NCBI RefSeq assembly: GCF_036321535.1
Contig: NC_087436.1
Location: 108,626,001 to 108,690,000, forward strand
Reading direction: 5' to 3'
DNA length: 64,000 nucleotides
DNA from: Camelus dromedarius
Taxonomy: Eukaryota
Position numbers and translations under genes: made by a program. Numbering within the stretch: the first letter of the stretch is position 1; each line of letters opens with the position of its first letter. This document shows positions 12,870 through 26,820 of this stretch, piece after piece. A model generated the notes under the pieces. That model saw only the letters and a program-made list of their open reading frames with translations, was not told where the DNA came from and did not search any database.

Positions 12870-13235
12870 AAAGGAAAGCACTAGATTCCTGGAAGAGTTT
12901 GAGTGGCTGAAGCCAACCGAGGAGACTGGGTTCTTGAGCAGTTTGGTCTGGGGATTGGACGGGAGGGCAGAATTAGCATTACTTAGAGGAGGAAGTCTAG
13001 TTATTGCAAAACCACAAAGTCTCAGCCAACCTCATAGGGCGCTCTGGGGTGTCGGAGTTATCCTGTGATGGCCCAGAATACTTGGGACTTTCTGTGTTCC
13101 ACAATTGGTCCTTGGACTAGGCAGCTCTGGGCAGCTGAATCAAATCCTGAGGCAGCTGACAGCCTGACGCACTCAGTGCAGGGGCAAAAGAGCCTGTCTT
13201 AAAGGAGGATCTGGTCTGTGGAACTCCATGTCTAT
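12870..13235 (-). mobile_element. ERVL solo LTR remnant (LTR16-like)
   Basis: agtctcagccaacctcatagggcgctctgg...gagttatcctg...gaggcagctgacagc...aaaggaggatctgg. Confidence 0.55.
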
Positions 13236-13604
13236 CGCAGGATCAAAAATAGAATAAAAGAGACCATTCCTTTGATTCATCTGTCTCTAATTCAATCATA
13301 TGTATCTGTGACTATCAACATGTTCTGGGATAATAGTCAAAATACCAAACAACTGCTGCTTTCCACCTCCAGCCGTCAGAGCCAACACCGACCATCAAAA
13401 GCCCATTTGGCCTTGTCAGTGCAAGCTGCCTGAATACCAGCACCATGCAACTGTGAGAGTAAATTTCTCCTAATCCCCAGCAGTAGGAAGAGTTTGTTAT
13501 GGGGGGAAAAAAAGTTTGGGTAACTTGAGTGTTTCAAAGTATGGATTAAAACCCCTTATATATTTTTAATATAATTGAGCATTATGATTGGACTCCATGA
13601 AGGC

Positions 13605-13810
13605 TTGGTAAATGCCAGGCATTATGCCCAACCCTTCAGTTATTTCGTTTAATACCCCTGGTGCTATGAGGCAGGTACCAATATTATCCCACTTACAGGA
13701 GGTGAAATGAATAGGGAAGGAATAAGTGATGGGCTCATGGACAAAATAATGTCCTGTTGAGCAGGGTCAGGGGCCTGTCTGTGTCCACTCTGGAGCTTGA
13801 CCCTCCTGGC
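13605..13810 (-). mobile_element. MIR SINE
   Basis: tgccaggcattatgccc...tatgaggcaggtaccaatattatcccacttacaggaggtgaaatga. Confidence 0.6.
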
Positions 13811-15172
13811 CCTGCTGTGCTCACCATTTAATTTCTGAACATTCATAGATTTACCTTCCTTTGTGTGCATCACTTGTAAAAGAGACGGGGCTGTGAACAA
13901 TGAAGATGCATTTCCTTCTTGTTCAGTTTGGTCTCTTCTTTCTCTGTTGGTCTGGGCCACCAGTCATTAGACTCGCCACTGACTTCTCCAAATGATGTTT
14001 CTTGATTGGCCACTGAAAGTTTGCGTCTTTCCTCTTTACTGCCTTGCCAACCCCTAATTAGTCTGAGACAAAAATTACAGATGATGTAGGGGGGTTTACT
14101 TTTTTAACTCAGGTCATTGCCGTAAGATAGATACCTACCAGGCACTGACTGTCTTCATGCATACTTTTATCTCTTTTCTGTTCTTTAGCTTATCTTTTCA
14201 ATGTCTTTGAATATAAAATATTATCACAATAAGTTTAAATAGCCTGCAATGCCTGAAACTCTGTAAATTGTTCTTTCTTGTTAGAATGTCAATGTGACAC
14301 TTTTAAAATATGCTGTTGAATGAGATACAGATAAGCAACATGCTACAATAATGAGAACCTCAGTTTCCAACGTCTCCATATATTTTAGCTGTTATCACCA
14401 CAATTCTTATCCAGTGCTTTCCAAACAATGGATTGAAACACATTAGTGAGTCATGAGAGTTTTTCTGTGAAATACAGCCTAAGAGAGATAATAAAACAGA
14501 TAATTCTCACCTCCAAGATAACCACTATGCTGCAAGTTATTCCTGAGCCATTTAAAAAGAAGTTAAAGTTAATTTCAACCTTGTAGCAAAAATCTCTTTC
14601 AAATGGAGATGCCATTGTCCCAGTCTCATTGACTAGGATCACAAGGAACAATGGTTAATCCTTTTTTTTTTTTTTTTTTAATGAAAAATGGATTTAAGTC
14701 CATATTCACTCTTTGGGAAAAATTTTGAGGTAATCAAATAAGGTTTAAAAGTATTGTGTTAAGGTTTTGTTTTTTGTTTTGTTTTGTTTTGAGAAGTAAT
14801 TGTTACAGCTACATTTTAGGCTAACAAAGGCCTCTTTCACAAATGAACTGTGAAAGGCATTGTAAGTGCTTTCTCCAATAAAAGCAAATTTAAAAAATGA
14901 TTGAAAATCTCCTTCACAGCCGAACTGTGTGCTTCTTTTGAATCACTAAAAATAGTCTACATGGATGGCGGCAATGTAGACAAATATTATACAAATCATT
15001 GCTAGTCCCTAGATGGTTCCCTACACAGATGCCCAGTGGCAACAACATCCACATTGTGAAATGTAGGCGTTTACTGTTAATGAGTTATAACTGAGTACAT
15101 GTGAAAATGAGAAGCCAAACAATGAATATTTCTGAATATCCACCATGTATGAATTACTGTCTAGATACTGTC

Positions 15173-15515
15173 TGTTTTAGTCAGCCCAGACTGTCACAAT
15201 AAAATATTGTAGACTGGGTGGCTTCAACAGGAGACATCCATTTCTGACAGTTCTAGGGCTAGGAAGTCTGAGAGCAAGGTGCCAACGTGAAGGCTTCTTC
15301 CTGCCTCCAGGTGACTGCCTTCTTGCTGTGTTCTAGAATGGTGGACAGAGAGACAGATAGAGACAGAGATAACAGTCTGTGGTCTTTTCCAGGAGCAATA
15401 ATCCCATCATAAGGGCCCTACCCTCATGTCCTCATCGTGGCCTGATTACTTCCCAAAGATTCCACCTCCTGATACCATTATATCTTGGGGAGACACAAAC
15501 ATTCAGTCCATGACA
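15173..15515 (-). mobile_element. MaLR solo LTR (MLT1A-like)
   Basis: TG...CA termini: tgttttagtcagcccagactgtcacaataaaatattgtagactgggtggc...aacattcagtccatgaca. Confidence 0.85.
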
Positions 15516-16055
15516 ATGTGTCAGTTCAGAAAGCCTTCTGAGAATTTCAGCCGTCTCTCGACAGTTTATAGTAACCCTCTGGTGAATCAGAGGTGTATTA
15601 GGTGTGCACTTGCGGTGAGCTCCAGAAGGACAGGAAGCTTATTATTCCCTGGCGTCGTCTTCGGTGCCTTGTGTATAATACAGAGGATGGATTAGCTGTT
15701 TGTATGGTGAATGAATGAATAATGAAGAGAGATGAGACAGACACCTGAGCATTCAAAAATAACAGGAACATCACAAAGAATATCTCACGGGCCAATACAG
15801 GACACTTTGTCATGTATGTGGTGAAGTCAGTGTATTTACTGGTTTTAAAAGGAGAAGGCTTCATCATGGAGGCAAATAACTTGGACTCAGTTGAGTAAAG
15901 AAGTGGGAGAGTGAAGAGAGGGAGTTATTAACGGAGGAGATTTCATGAGACTAAGCCACAAGACAGGGAATTTCAAGCTGTTTCCTGGGGACACTAAGCA
16001 GTCCAAATTTATTACAAATATGATAGAAGAAAATAATTGAGGGGATTAAGCTCTA

Positions 16056-16370
16056 CAGGCGATTTGGCAAACTTAGGTCTCTAGACCCTGTATCAGCTAT
16101 GGGATGTTTTATCTTTGTTCTGTATGCTTTAAAATGTTCCAATTTAGTTATCAACACATACACCTTGGAAAATTTCACACGCAAATCCAGATTCTCAGCT
16201 TTTCACAAAAATTCTGTGATTTAACAACATTACCCTCTAGTCCAATCAGTGCTATCAGTGGGAATGAAGAAGCAGCAGCCTAGGCCCCCCTCCTCTTGTT
16301 TACCTTTGACCCCACTGGATCCTTTCACTCAGTTATGTTGATCTGTCTGGCCCCTGGCAGTTGGAGAGGT
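16056..16370. mobile_element. hAT-Charlie MITE (MER102-like)
   Basis: Starts cagg..tttggcaaac, with internal ggaaaatttcacacgcaaatccagattctcagcttttc and tcactcagttatgttgatctgtctggcccctg. Confidence 0.55.
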
Positions 16371-16812
16371 CTGATGAGGATATAATTTGAGATCAGATCT
16401 CTCCCCACCTCTGTCTCTGGCACACGCACCTTGAATCACCACGAGCCTTAACTCTTCCAGCCCCAGAAGTTTGCAGCTGTCCCAGCAACTCACAATGCCA
16501 AGTCAGAAATCATCGCAGCTCTGCATGTGACTCTGATTTAAGTCAACAAAAGATCCTGTTAAGCCTGAGAGAGACAGAGGAGGTGCAGGAAGCGTCACCA
16601 TGTGGAGAAGTTAGACTTTTCACTCCATGCTGAAGATCCGCCAAGGGATGAGGAGTTGTTCAGTAATGAATGCCTTGTACAAGGAGTGATTCTGTGGTCC
16701 CTCTTCTGGGTGACCAACTACCTCCAGGAAATTCTTCTGAGTAGTTTACAAATCTTAAGTGCTGCGACTTCACAGTATTTTAAAAAACATATTCTCCTTG
16801 GCCTATACGCAA

Positions 16813-16950
16813 CAGAAGTTCTCAAATGCAGAGGGCCAGGGACTCCGTCTGAGCATTTTACACAAGTCATGGACCCTAATCGTAGAAAAATTTATATGCA
16901 ATTTTGCATACAATTTCAGAAAGTTCAGGGGGTTCTTGGAAAGACCCTTC
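16813..16950 (+). mobile_element. hAT-Charlie MITE (MER117-like)
   Basis: cagaagttctcaa...catggaccct...agaaaaatttatatgcaattttgcatacaatttcag...gggggttc. Confidence 0.6.
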
Positions 16951-19894
16951 CTTGGTAGTTTGCTTGTATATACAAATTGTAGATTAAAGTCATTTTGTTC
17001 AAGGATATGAGCAAAAGATTTAAAGGGTAAGCTGAGGGCATTTGGAATTCTCAGCAAGGCGTACAAGCAAGACTCTCAATTCCAAACACTTGGAAAATAG
17101 AAGATTTCTCTAAAATGTAAGGGCTATGGGTGGGAGGAGATATGATGACAATTTTAATTTTAGAAAGGAGAAATTTGTGATACGAGATATGGAGGAATAG
17201 AGTCTGACTGATGTTCCCTCTATTTTCAAACTCCAATGTACTGAAGTTGTACCTCTGTCATGGAATATCCAAGATAGTCTGAAATCCCAGCAATGCTGCA
17301 TTGCCAATCTATGCTCCAGAGTGAGTCTTCCCTACAGCAGAAATTTATTTCCTGTTTGAAACTTGCTTCTGTTTTGTGACCTAAATCTTAGCTTATCACA
17401 TTGTCAAGCAGTGGTAGTGTACCTTTGTCAAACCCCTTACCACTGATATTAAACTGGAAGATTTTTGGAGCCAAATTAGTCTTAATCTTCCACGCATCTC
17501 CTGCAATATGCTGCACTCTCAAATTTTAGTAGGAACTCAATAATTTCTTTAATAATTTTAAAATTGTAATTAAAGTCACATTTTAGGGTCAAAAGGATTT
17601 CAAAACTCAGTGGAAGTATTGCTTTGTTCTTACTGCTATTCTGAGAATTATCAAACATTTCCATTACGTGTAGAATAAAAAACAAGGAACTAAATAGTAT
17701 CTGGACAACATCTATACTTGTATTTTGTGATTGAAAGCAATGAGTTTTTTCTTTCTACAATCTGATTTCTCAGCTCTATCACCTAGTGACAAGCATGTAG
17801 TAACATGTATTGAAGGAAAATTAATCACCATTTTTAGTTTAAAAAAAATCTGTCAATCATTAAAAAAAGGAGCTGAAAATTCAAATAAATGAAAGATACA
17901 ACAGATATGACAGGAGAAAAGATTTTTTTCTCCTATTTATTCATGGACTTCTCATTTATCTCACTTACCTATCAGAATTTAAACATATTCTCTTTAACAC
18001 AATTAATGTCTTGCAAACAGCTAGAAAAGAAGATGGATGTGAAAAATAAGTGAAAGAAAAATGACACTTTTTGCATTTGGTGTTCAAAGAAGTGCGGTCC
18101 AAGAACTGTGCCCCACAGAGGAGCCAGCGTGAATAAAACATGTGCTCTGTTCCTTGAGGAGCTTCCAGGCTGGCAGAGGTGCTAACGTCTGGAAATAATT
18201 GCAATTCACAGGGGAAACCCCAGAATTCCTCATGCGTGCTATGTATGGCAGCTTTAGGAGAAGAGTTGTTCTAGAAAGGAACTTCAGGAGCCATTTTCGA
18301 AATAGGTGGCATTCGAGCAGATCTTAGAGAATCAACTGAGTTTGCACATAACTCTCTTCAATGAGGTGCTGAATGTGAACTAAATTACAGAAAACAGAAG
18401 AGGCCAGCAGATGAAAAACACTCAATGACATTCTTAATTGGATGCATGCTTCTGATCTCCAACTGCTCAATTTACCAAGTAGCTTTGCCTAATCAGGATG
18501 TCTTGAGATAAATTTGGTATTTTTGAACCTGAGTGATCAACCAAAGGAAAATATCTGATAATGCTGTCATCACTCCTAATTCTTATTCAGTGTTTACTTG
18601 GCTGGTTGAACTACCGTATTTGCCTTAATGCCATATTGCCACATTTTTGTAAAGGGATTATAGAAGTATGCAACAATGTATGTTTTGTTTAGTTTGTAAG
18701 ATAGATTTCTATTTTAAGAATATTCCAGGAAATACATGGTTCTTGCTTGATATGATCTCTTTGTTTCAGTCTCTTCCGAAGAGAATTTTGTTTTGATACA
18801 ATTTTTCCAAACTTACTTAACATCTTAATATCTAACATACTAGATAAGTATTTACCTTTTTTGACCTTGTAACCAAAGAGCCATAGAACCATTGACTTGG
18901 GACAGAGAGGTGAAATTTTTCCCTAATTATTTCATGTTAATTTAAATCAAATTGCAATTATGACCACATTTTGCAATATCTGATTATTCTTTAAACCTTC
19001 TTAAAGAAGGTTTAAAACAGTACCACCATAATTTGATCCTTTTATATTGCCAGTATAATTTTATTACAATTGTACCACACACACAATTGTACTTACCCAC
19101 AAATGATCTGAAAGTGAAAAAAGAGAGACAGAGAGATTTAGGAATATTTCCTAAATATTTATTTTCAGCTTTAGATGGCATTTCAATTTTGTTTTCATTT
19201 ATTCACTTTTATGCATAAATATGAATATTTGCTGGTTACCTCAACTGATAATTTTGACTCAGGGTGTCCTTAAGGGTTTACAACTATTAGGAACAGAAAT
19301 GCTTTAAATATATGCGTATATTAAATCAGCTACTGTCACCTCTGGTTGCTGGACGAGTGGGGAAGTCAAGATGACCTGTGAGATGAACGGTGTTCAGTTA
19401 CAAAGCGTGCCCACAAGTAAATCTTAACTAATAATAGTTAATGTGAATGACAGGCTTTTAAAAGTGTTTCTAATACATGGAAATGGATTTAAAAGTATCC
19501 TTTAAAGAGTATCACTCTCATTCACTTGTGTTTCAAATTGTTTCCTTGAGTGGAAGATAAAGGATGAGGAATAACTAGATGCCCTGAGAACGTGCACTGC
19601 ATACTGCCATGCAGATCACAGCAAATAAAGAATAAATATACAGAAATGATCAGGTGTCCTGTGCTATGGGAGATGCACACATATAGAGCCAGATTACATC
19701 AAAAGAAGACAGTCCTCAAAATCAGACCAGAGAGAAGGTAAAGGCTTCTCAGAAAAGAATCATTTGTACACTAACATGAAAGAGTTAACATCTCTGTAAA
19801 GTATTGGGCCCTGGGCCCTGAGAGATAATGCATGCGTTAGGACTGACTGTAGGCATGGGGATTGACCAGGCAAAAGTCAGTCACCGAGAAGGAT

Positions 19895-20372
19895 GAGTCC
19901 AGCTACCTATTACTGTATAGCAAACCAACCCCAAACGTAGCGCTTCAAAGAACAATTCATCGTTATTACACACTATTTCATAAACCAAAGACTTGGACAG
20001 GGTTGATGTGTCTCTGTTTCACAATGTTTGTGACCTCAGCTGGATAACCAAAAGGTGCTGGAAGAGCTGGGGGGCTGCTTGGACATCTCTCTCTCTTCCT
20101 CTGTGCAGCCTCTGCAAATGGCTAGCTTGTGCCTCCTCAAGCTTGGCTGCCTCAGGAAGGTCAGACACCTTACACAGTGTTGTAGGGCTCTGCTAGGAAG
20201 ACAGTGAAAACCGCCAGCTCTCTTACAGGCTAGCCCTGAGCTCACAGTATTATTTCCACCATAAAGTACTGGTCAAAGTTATCATAGGCCAGCCCAGATT
20301 CAAGGGCAGAGGACATAGACTCCACTTCTCAACAAAAGAAGCATCCAGCAATTTGTGGTCTTTAATCAATCA
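19895..20372 (-). mobile_element. MaLR solo LTR (MLT1H-like)
   Basis: cagctacctattactgtatagcaaaccaacccc...tggctagcttgtgcctcctc...gccagcccagattcaagggcagaggacatagactccacttctc. Confidence 0.75.
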
Positions 20373-20589
20373 TGAGTATTCTTTAATTTGACAATTGCTT
20401 ATTGAGTGCCCACTGTACACCACCCACTGTTCTACTTGATCTGGTTACCATGGCAAATAAAACAAAACTGATGACCATATGACAGGATTTTCTATAAGAG
20501 AGGAGAGAGAGGAGAACCGGAAATAACTATAAACGTGGCTGTCAGGTAGTGTGGCAATGATAGTGTGCACAAGACACACAGGAGCTCCT

Positions 20590-20853
20590 CTGCATTTCCC
20601 AGAACAAAAGCGGTGTGTGTCCCTTTCAGGCCAAGCCAGTTAAAAGGTCACGTGCCTCTTTCATCTCTTCTAGTCCTTCTGTCTTGAGCGTTGACATGTG
20701 CCAGGTCATACAGCAACAAGGTGGAGAAGAGACAGCTGAGCCGCATCACACTTGGTGGGAGCAAACAAAACCCTTTGTTGTGATAACCCACTGAGATGTA
20801 GGGTTTGCTTATTAGCACAGAATAATGCAGCATTACTTAACCTGACTGATGCA
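20590..20853 (+). mobile_element. MaLR LTR 3' part (MLT1G/H-like)
   Basis: gagcaaacaaaaccctttgttgtgataacccactgagatgtagggtttg...gcagcattacttaacctgactgatgca. Confidence 0.65.
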
Positions 20854-21409
20854 TGTACGTAATGCTATGAAGGAAAGTAACTAAGGTAAAGGAGTACAGA
20901 ATGACAGTGGACCTAGGACTACAGTTGTGGACGTTTTGGTTAGGGCAAGAATTAAGAAATGTTGCTATTAAAATGTTCTAGAATTTTCAAACCCAGTCCT
21001 AGACTTTTCCCACCGCACCACATTGCCTCTTGTATATACTGGAGAGTTTCAGATGTCCTTCATATTTGAATACATTTTATATTAGCATTTTTAAAAGGTG
21101 GTCTGTTGGGCTTTAAAGGAGAATAGGAAATGATGGTGTTGGAATTAGCTGATGAGTAGGATCTTAAAAGCCAGACTATGTAGGCTAGAATTTTTTTAGC
21201 AAATACATTTGGAAACTGCTCCCACACTTTTCGATATGGGGGTGGCTTTACAGTAACATTTGGCAATTATTTTGGCATGTGGAATTAAAGTGAATTGACA
21301 GAAGAGCAGACTGAAAACAGCAGGTAGTCAGCACTATGACTTGTCAAATACTGTTTTCTTAGATAGATGCTTGTTCAGCACTGATGGTGATGGTGGGTAT
21401 GTTTGGAGC

Positions 21410-21615
21410 CAGAGAAAACCAGGCTCTTTTGTTTACTATTTCTGTGATATGAGACTCGCTGTTAAGCTCTCCGAGATTCTATTTCCTCATGTGTCCAAAA
21501 GGGAATAATGATACTGCCTTAGATGGGTTGTGGTAAGAAGTATCAATTATACATCAGAATGTCTGTCCTATAGGGGATTCTCAATAAAATGGTAACTATC
21601 ATTTTATTATAATTA
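21410..21615 (+). mobile_element. MIR SINE
   Basis: gttaagctctccgagattctatttcctcatgtgtccaaaagggaataatgatactgccttagatgggttgtgg...tcaataaaatggtaactatcatt. Confidence 0.7.
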
Positions 21616-23282
21616 ATGATGTAGCCTGGCACTCATGAGACTACGCCAATCATTGTGTGATGAGCACTGTGGAGGAGTCCAAGAATCTCATACCATCGCC
21701 CTCATCGTTATGCTCAAAGTCTTGTAGTAGATGATAAGAGAAAATAAAATCATGATGAGATAAGTTAATGTATTGGCAAGGAAAGCCTTGGAAAAAGACA
21801 TGCCACAAAGCACTAAATAAATTTTAATATAATGATGGAGACAATATGCATTTCATCAGTGAGAAGAGAAACTATTCTAAAACCATTGGAGCTTTATGTT
21901 ATTAAGTTTTATAATATAATAATATTAATAAGAACCCATGCAGATACTTCCACAGGTGGAGAAAGCGACAGTCCTAAGATTGTGCCTTTTATGCTTTGTT
22001 CTTTAGTGCTCATGTCCTTACAGTGGCAGAATACAGTAGATCTCATCTTAGAACAGGTTTCAATAAAAATAGATATATAAATTTTATCTTTAATAAATCA
22101 GCCAGTAGCTCTCTCCCTCAAAGATCTCTCACTTTTCAAACAGAATATCCTGACTTAATTTGAAAGTCTAGATCCTACCTTCTGCTCTGTTTACCACTCT
22201 GCATTTGAAACTCAAAACAGAAATGTCAATGCATAAAGAACTTACATCTTCAAAGCCAGGACAAAAATTGAGTAAGAAGTGAAGATCCACATTTTATTAT
22301 ATATTTCTGCAAAACAGTAAGAACTTTAAGAGATTTCGGTGGTTCAGCCCTTCTCTGTCCTGGTGTTCAGGGCTTTGTTCTTTTGCTCTACTAGGTCCAC
22401 TTGGGATCTTCTAAATACGCCCGATCATTTTCTATTCGTGATTCTCCTCATTCCTCAGCACAGATTGAACAACAGTTTTCTTACTAGGAATCCTGGCAAT
22501 TCCTTGTCGTATTATGTTTTTTCCTCTGCATTGCATTCAGAATAGGTCAGTGTGAATGAAACCTTTCTGACCCCCTTTTGAATTTCAGTCAGCACAGGTA
22601 CTCCCAATAAATGCTTTGAAAATTTGCTGTCATTGTGACAGTCTCATCAAACATCTTGTCAAACATATCAAATTAAAATTCCGCGTTCTTCTATTTAAAT
22701 GCCTACCACTTTACAGTCATTGAAAAAAATCCAGCGATGTCATATAGCACAAAACAAAGGCAATAACTGTCTGAGTTTATCCAATTACTCAAATAACCAA
22801 TCACTCATTCCTAGAGTATTTCATTACTCATGTAATGATATGCCTAGCACATGGGAAGTGCTTAATAAATGGCAGATATTATTTCTATTTGAAAGGCAAA
22901 TGGTGTTTTTAATTCATTGTTTATATGATTTTTCTATTCAGGTTTCTCCATTCTTCCACAATTGCATTTCCCTAATAATTGAAATATGCATTCAAGAGCT
23001 ATGACTTCACGTCAGCTATATTATCTAAGCATAGGTCTTAAATGTGCCATTCATCTAAACGTATATACAGTCCATGCTCAGTGGAACCAAAAGGAGAGTA
23101 GCATAGAGAAACCAAAAGTATTGCCAGCAATTTTGGGCTATGATTCTCCCTTTAATTGCGTGGGGCTTGTTATACTTGAGAATCAGAGCTTTGGCCAGTA
23201 AGTAAAACTAGTGAAAAATAGAAGAAGTGAAATATTTTGAGACAAAGCAGATGATGGAGTTTAGAAGTCATCTGAAATGTTC

Positions 23283-23440
23283 TAGGGTTTTGCTAATTAA
23301 AGTATGGTCCATGAATCAGCGGCATCTGAGAGCTTGTTAGAAATGCAGAATCTGAGGCCCCACCCAGACCTGCTGAATCAGTCTGCATTTTATCATGATC
23401 CCCACGGGACTTGTGTGCCATTGAAACTGGAGAAGCACTG
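23283..23440. mobile_element. hAT-Charlie MITE (MER5A-like)
   Basis: gagcttgttagaaatgcagaatctgaggccccacccagacctgctgaatcagtctgcatttt...gagaagcactg. Confidence 0.85.
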
Positions 23441-23879
23441 TGCTAGGACACGCAGACATGAACTTCAAAAACCCTTCAGTAAAGAGAAGAAATGCAATGC
23501 ATTGAGGGACAATTCCAAGAGGGAAAGACCTCACACGAAGTTAAGGAAACTAGAACTCAGCTAGCTGTGTGGCTTGTCAAAAGCTGTATGGTTGTAGGTG
23601 GTGGAAGCATAATGTGACCAGAGGTCTGAGTCCACTTCTGACCTTTTCCCTACATCACCTGGAAAAAGAACTTTATTGGTAATCTCTGAGAGCAGGATTT
23701 TCCCTCCCTGCTTTTGAAATTTAGATGACAAAACTAACGTGGCTGACTTAAACTTTTAAAACATGTATTCCTTCTGTGTGTATTAAAGTAGTGTATTCAA
23801 TAATAACAATTTAAAAGACAGCAAAAGTTATTTTTAAAAAAATTAAAATCCCTTCCATTTTTTTCTTTATACATGTAAC

Positions 23880-24525
23880 CAGTGCTCAGTCTTCACCTAT
23901 TCCGTATTTGCAAACTCATTTACTTGGTAAATTGTATTTGTAACCCCAGCGTCAAGACTCATGGCACTTCCATGGTCATTGTGGACATCCGCAAAGTGTG
24001 GGAAACTTGGAGTCTGGTGCACACATTCCCAGCTAAGACTGAACAAGGTGATGCTCTGACTTCTTGTTTCCATGCTCACATTGTAAACCAGTGTCCTTTT
24101 CTCCATCTGTTTACCTTCACATTTTTCATATTTTTGTGCTTTTTGTTGGTGATTCCACTCTTTAAGGTGGTCCCCATGCACAGTGCTGGGGTGCTGTCTA
24201 GTCTCCCTGTGCTTTAGAAGATTGTGAGGTCCCTTACGGAGAAAATACATGTGTTAGGTAAACTTTATTTAGATATGAGTTACAGTGTTGTTGGCTATGA
24301 ACTCAATGTCAGTGAGTTAACCGCATATATTAAATAAGGTAACTTAAAATAGAAATGCACATAAAACAAGGTTATGTATTGATTGGTTGATGAAAATCTT
24401 GTGACTAGAGGCTCACAGGACCCCATCCCTCTATTTCCCTTAGAGCTGTGGTTCAATATTTGCTAATTCAGTGTTCATAACAATTTTATAGAACATAACT
24501 ATGACAAATAGTGAGAATTGACATT
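23880..24525 (+). mobile_element. TcMar-Tigger non-autonomous element (MER82-like)
   Basis: attccgtatttgcaaactc...atttgtaacccc...ttcccagctaagactgaacaaggtgatgctctgacttcttgtttc...tttatagaacataactatgacaaatagtgagaattgac. Confidence 0.85.
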
Positions 24526-25129
24526 TTCTATTTCTTGCTGTTGTTAGAAATACACAATGTCATATTATCTTTTAGTCACCTTTCTGTGCCATTTTCACCT
24601 GGGCACCTACCATGTCTATGTGCTTTCTATAGTTGAACACATTATTTTTCTCGTGAGCCATTCGATCTATCAAGAACATTTTCAGGCATTAATTTTCCCT
24701 AGGCAATGACAATTCAGTGTGATGATGTTGTGTGTATACGATACTTAATTATGTAATACAGGCAATTAGAGTCCAGGATGGACTAATGAATAATCCTGTT
24801 GAGTTGCTTGATCAGTGATGACTGGAGTTATCATAAAAGGCTCCCCAGTGGAGGTGGGGTTTACACCAGACACTGATGAGGAAATACAATTGTCTTAACT
24901 TCCTCATTAACTAAGGAAGAGGTCCAAAAATCTATACACGGGGAACAGGAAGAGGTGCCAAGGCCAAGGCTGCCAGGCTGTGGAGTTGTACAGAGGACAT
25001 GGAGAGGGACAATTAGATAGGATGTCCGTTCATAGGAGACATTAGTGGAAGTGAGATACAGACAGACATGGTGAACACACATTCCTGGAAGCCTGGAAAA
25101 CTCCACTGAGAGACAAAAAGAGAGGCTTG

Positions 25130-25660
25130 TGTAGGAGAGGAAAGCATAATTTCCCCTCTAACCTTCTGAGTTCTTAGCTGAAATCCCTGTGATAAAAGAT
25201 GGGTCAACCAGAGGAGAGCAAGCGGAAGTTTATTAACATTTACTTCATGCATACATGGGAGATAACCAGGGAAAAATGAGAAATTCGAAGAGGTCGCTTA
25301 GCTTATACAGCATCCTTAACAAAGAACAATATACTTGTGGAGAGAGAACAGGGCAGAGGGAAGCAGTTTTAGGCTCCCAAGGGCAGAGACAAGCTAGTTA
25401 GTAAAGTTTGTTTTATACATACCTCTGGTGCAGTCTCCTGGCTGGTAGGGTAAAAATTTGTCTCCAATGATTAACTTTCATTCTCCCTAGTAGAGAGGGA
25501 AGGAGGAACACTTTTGACAATGTATGTCCTGCTTTTAGGTAAATAGGAAAAGGGCAAAGAGCTTTACTTGTATCTGCTTCTTCTCAGTTGCCTTCAGCTC
25601 AAAAAAAAATCCTTATGCCAAAGTGCTGTATTTTGGGGTGGCACGTTCTGCTACGCTTCA
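25130..25660 (-). mobile_element. ERV1 solo LTR (MER34/MER39-like)
   Basis: TG...CA termini, tttatt (minus-strand AATAAA), end ...ttgccttcagctcaaaa..tccttatgccaaagtg..tattttggggtggca..ttca, and 4-bp flanks cttg/cttc. Confidence 0.85.
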
Positions 25661-26639
25661 CTTCCTTCTTTACAGCTAAATCTAGAACTTACCAATTTGC
25701 AAAAATAAAAGAGGGAAGGATGCACTATAGGTCTCTTATTCATAGAGGAGCATGAAATAAAATAAAGTGCTCTTCTCAGAATAAAAGTGAAAGCAAAAAA
25801 TATGCATCCCCTTTGTTGGAAAATACACAAATCCCATAAGGAACAACGAGGATGTCTTAGATCTGTGTACCTGTTCAAACTCCCTTCCTCATCACAAACC
25901 CAGGAAGTGTGCTTTGTGATGATTACCCCAATGTTTTAAAGGTGAATACCAGTCAGGTGAAAGAACAGATGGTCCCAGATCTAATCCCTAACTGTGTAAG
26001 GATCATTCAGCAGTGTCAAGGAGAGGGAAGAGATTACCCAGGACGTGAGAAACCCACAGACTCATCAAAGCGACTTAAGTAATAGAGAAAGGAGTGAACA
26101 AGAAGGCAGAGGAAAGGTCCCAGAAGGAGAACAGGATGTGTCCTGGCAAGTGGATTTGGAGGTCAATATTGGCAGTTTAGAGGGTTAGAGTTCTTGCCGT
26201 GGGGACATCTGGGGGCAAGCCTGCATTTCTTTCAACAGAAGATGGGATGAAATACAGGTGCAGTTTATTTAGGAAGTAATTACTGGTGAGAAGATTGAAG
26301 CAATGAGATCATTTACTGGAGAATTCCAATAAGAAGCTTACAGCAATGATGGGAGACAGATTTTTGGGGAGACAAGAGAGCTAAGTGAGCAGGAAGCTGG
26401 CAACTGCCCCTTCCAGGAGATGCTGTGGGTTCCATGAGAGTCTCTGCTAAAATCATACAGCTGTGGACAGGGCTGTCATAACATTTTCAGCAGATGTTTA
26501 TGGAGGTCATATCTGCCAGGATCCTGGAGAAGAATTTCTGCTCCTGAATTATAAGACATGTAATTGATCTAACTCAGCTATAATCTTAATCCATCCAATG
26601 GAAACCAGTGACATTTTGTTGGAAGTTTTAATAAGTGTT

Positions 26640-26820
26640 CTGGACGACATAGTACAGCAGTGATGGATTTTGTGCCCACTGGATTTGAGTTTTGGCCATC
26701 TTCAGCAAGTTACCCTTTCTGTGCCTCCGTTTCCTCCTACGAGTATGAGAATTAAAGGAAACGGTGCATGCAAAACACTTGGCACAATCCTTGACACATA
26801 AATGGTTATTTTTGATATAA
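26640..26820 (+). mobile_element. MIR SINE
   Basis: gcaagttaccctttctgtgcctccgtttcctc...tgagaattaaagg...aaacacttggcacaatccttgacacata. Confidence 0.65.

Noticed and set aside
20444..20457. RFX X-box-like gttaccatggcaaa
   Set aside because: Imperfect at the terminal base and embedded in a decayed L2-like tail.
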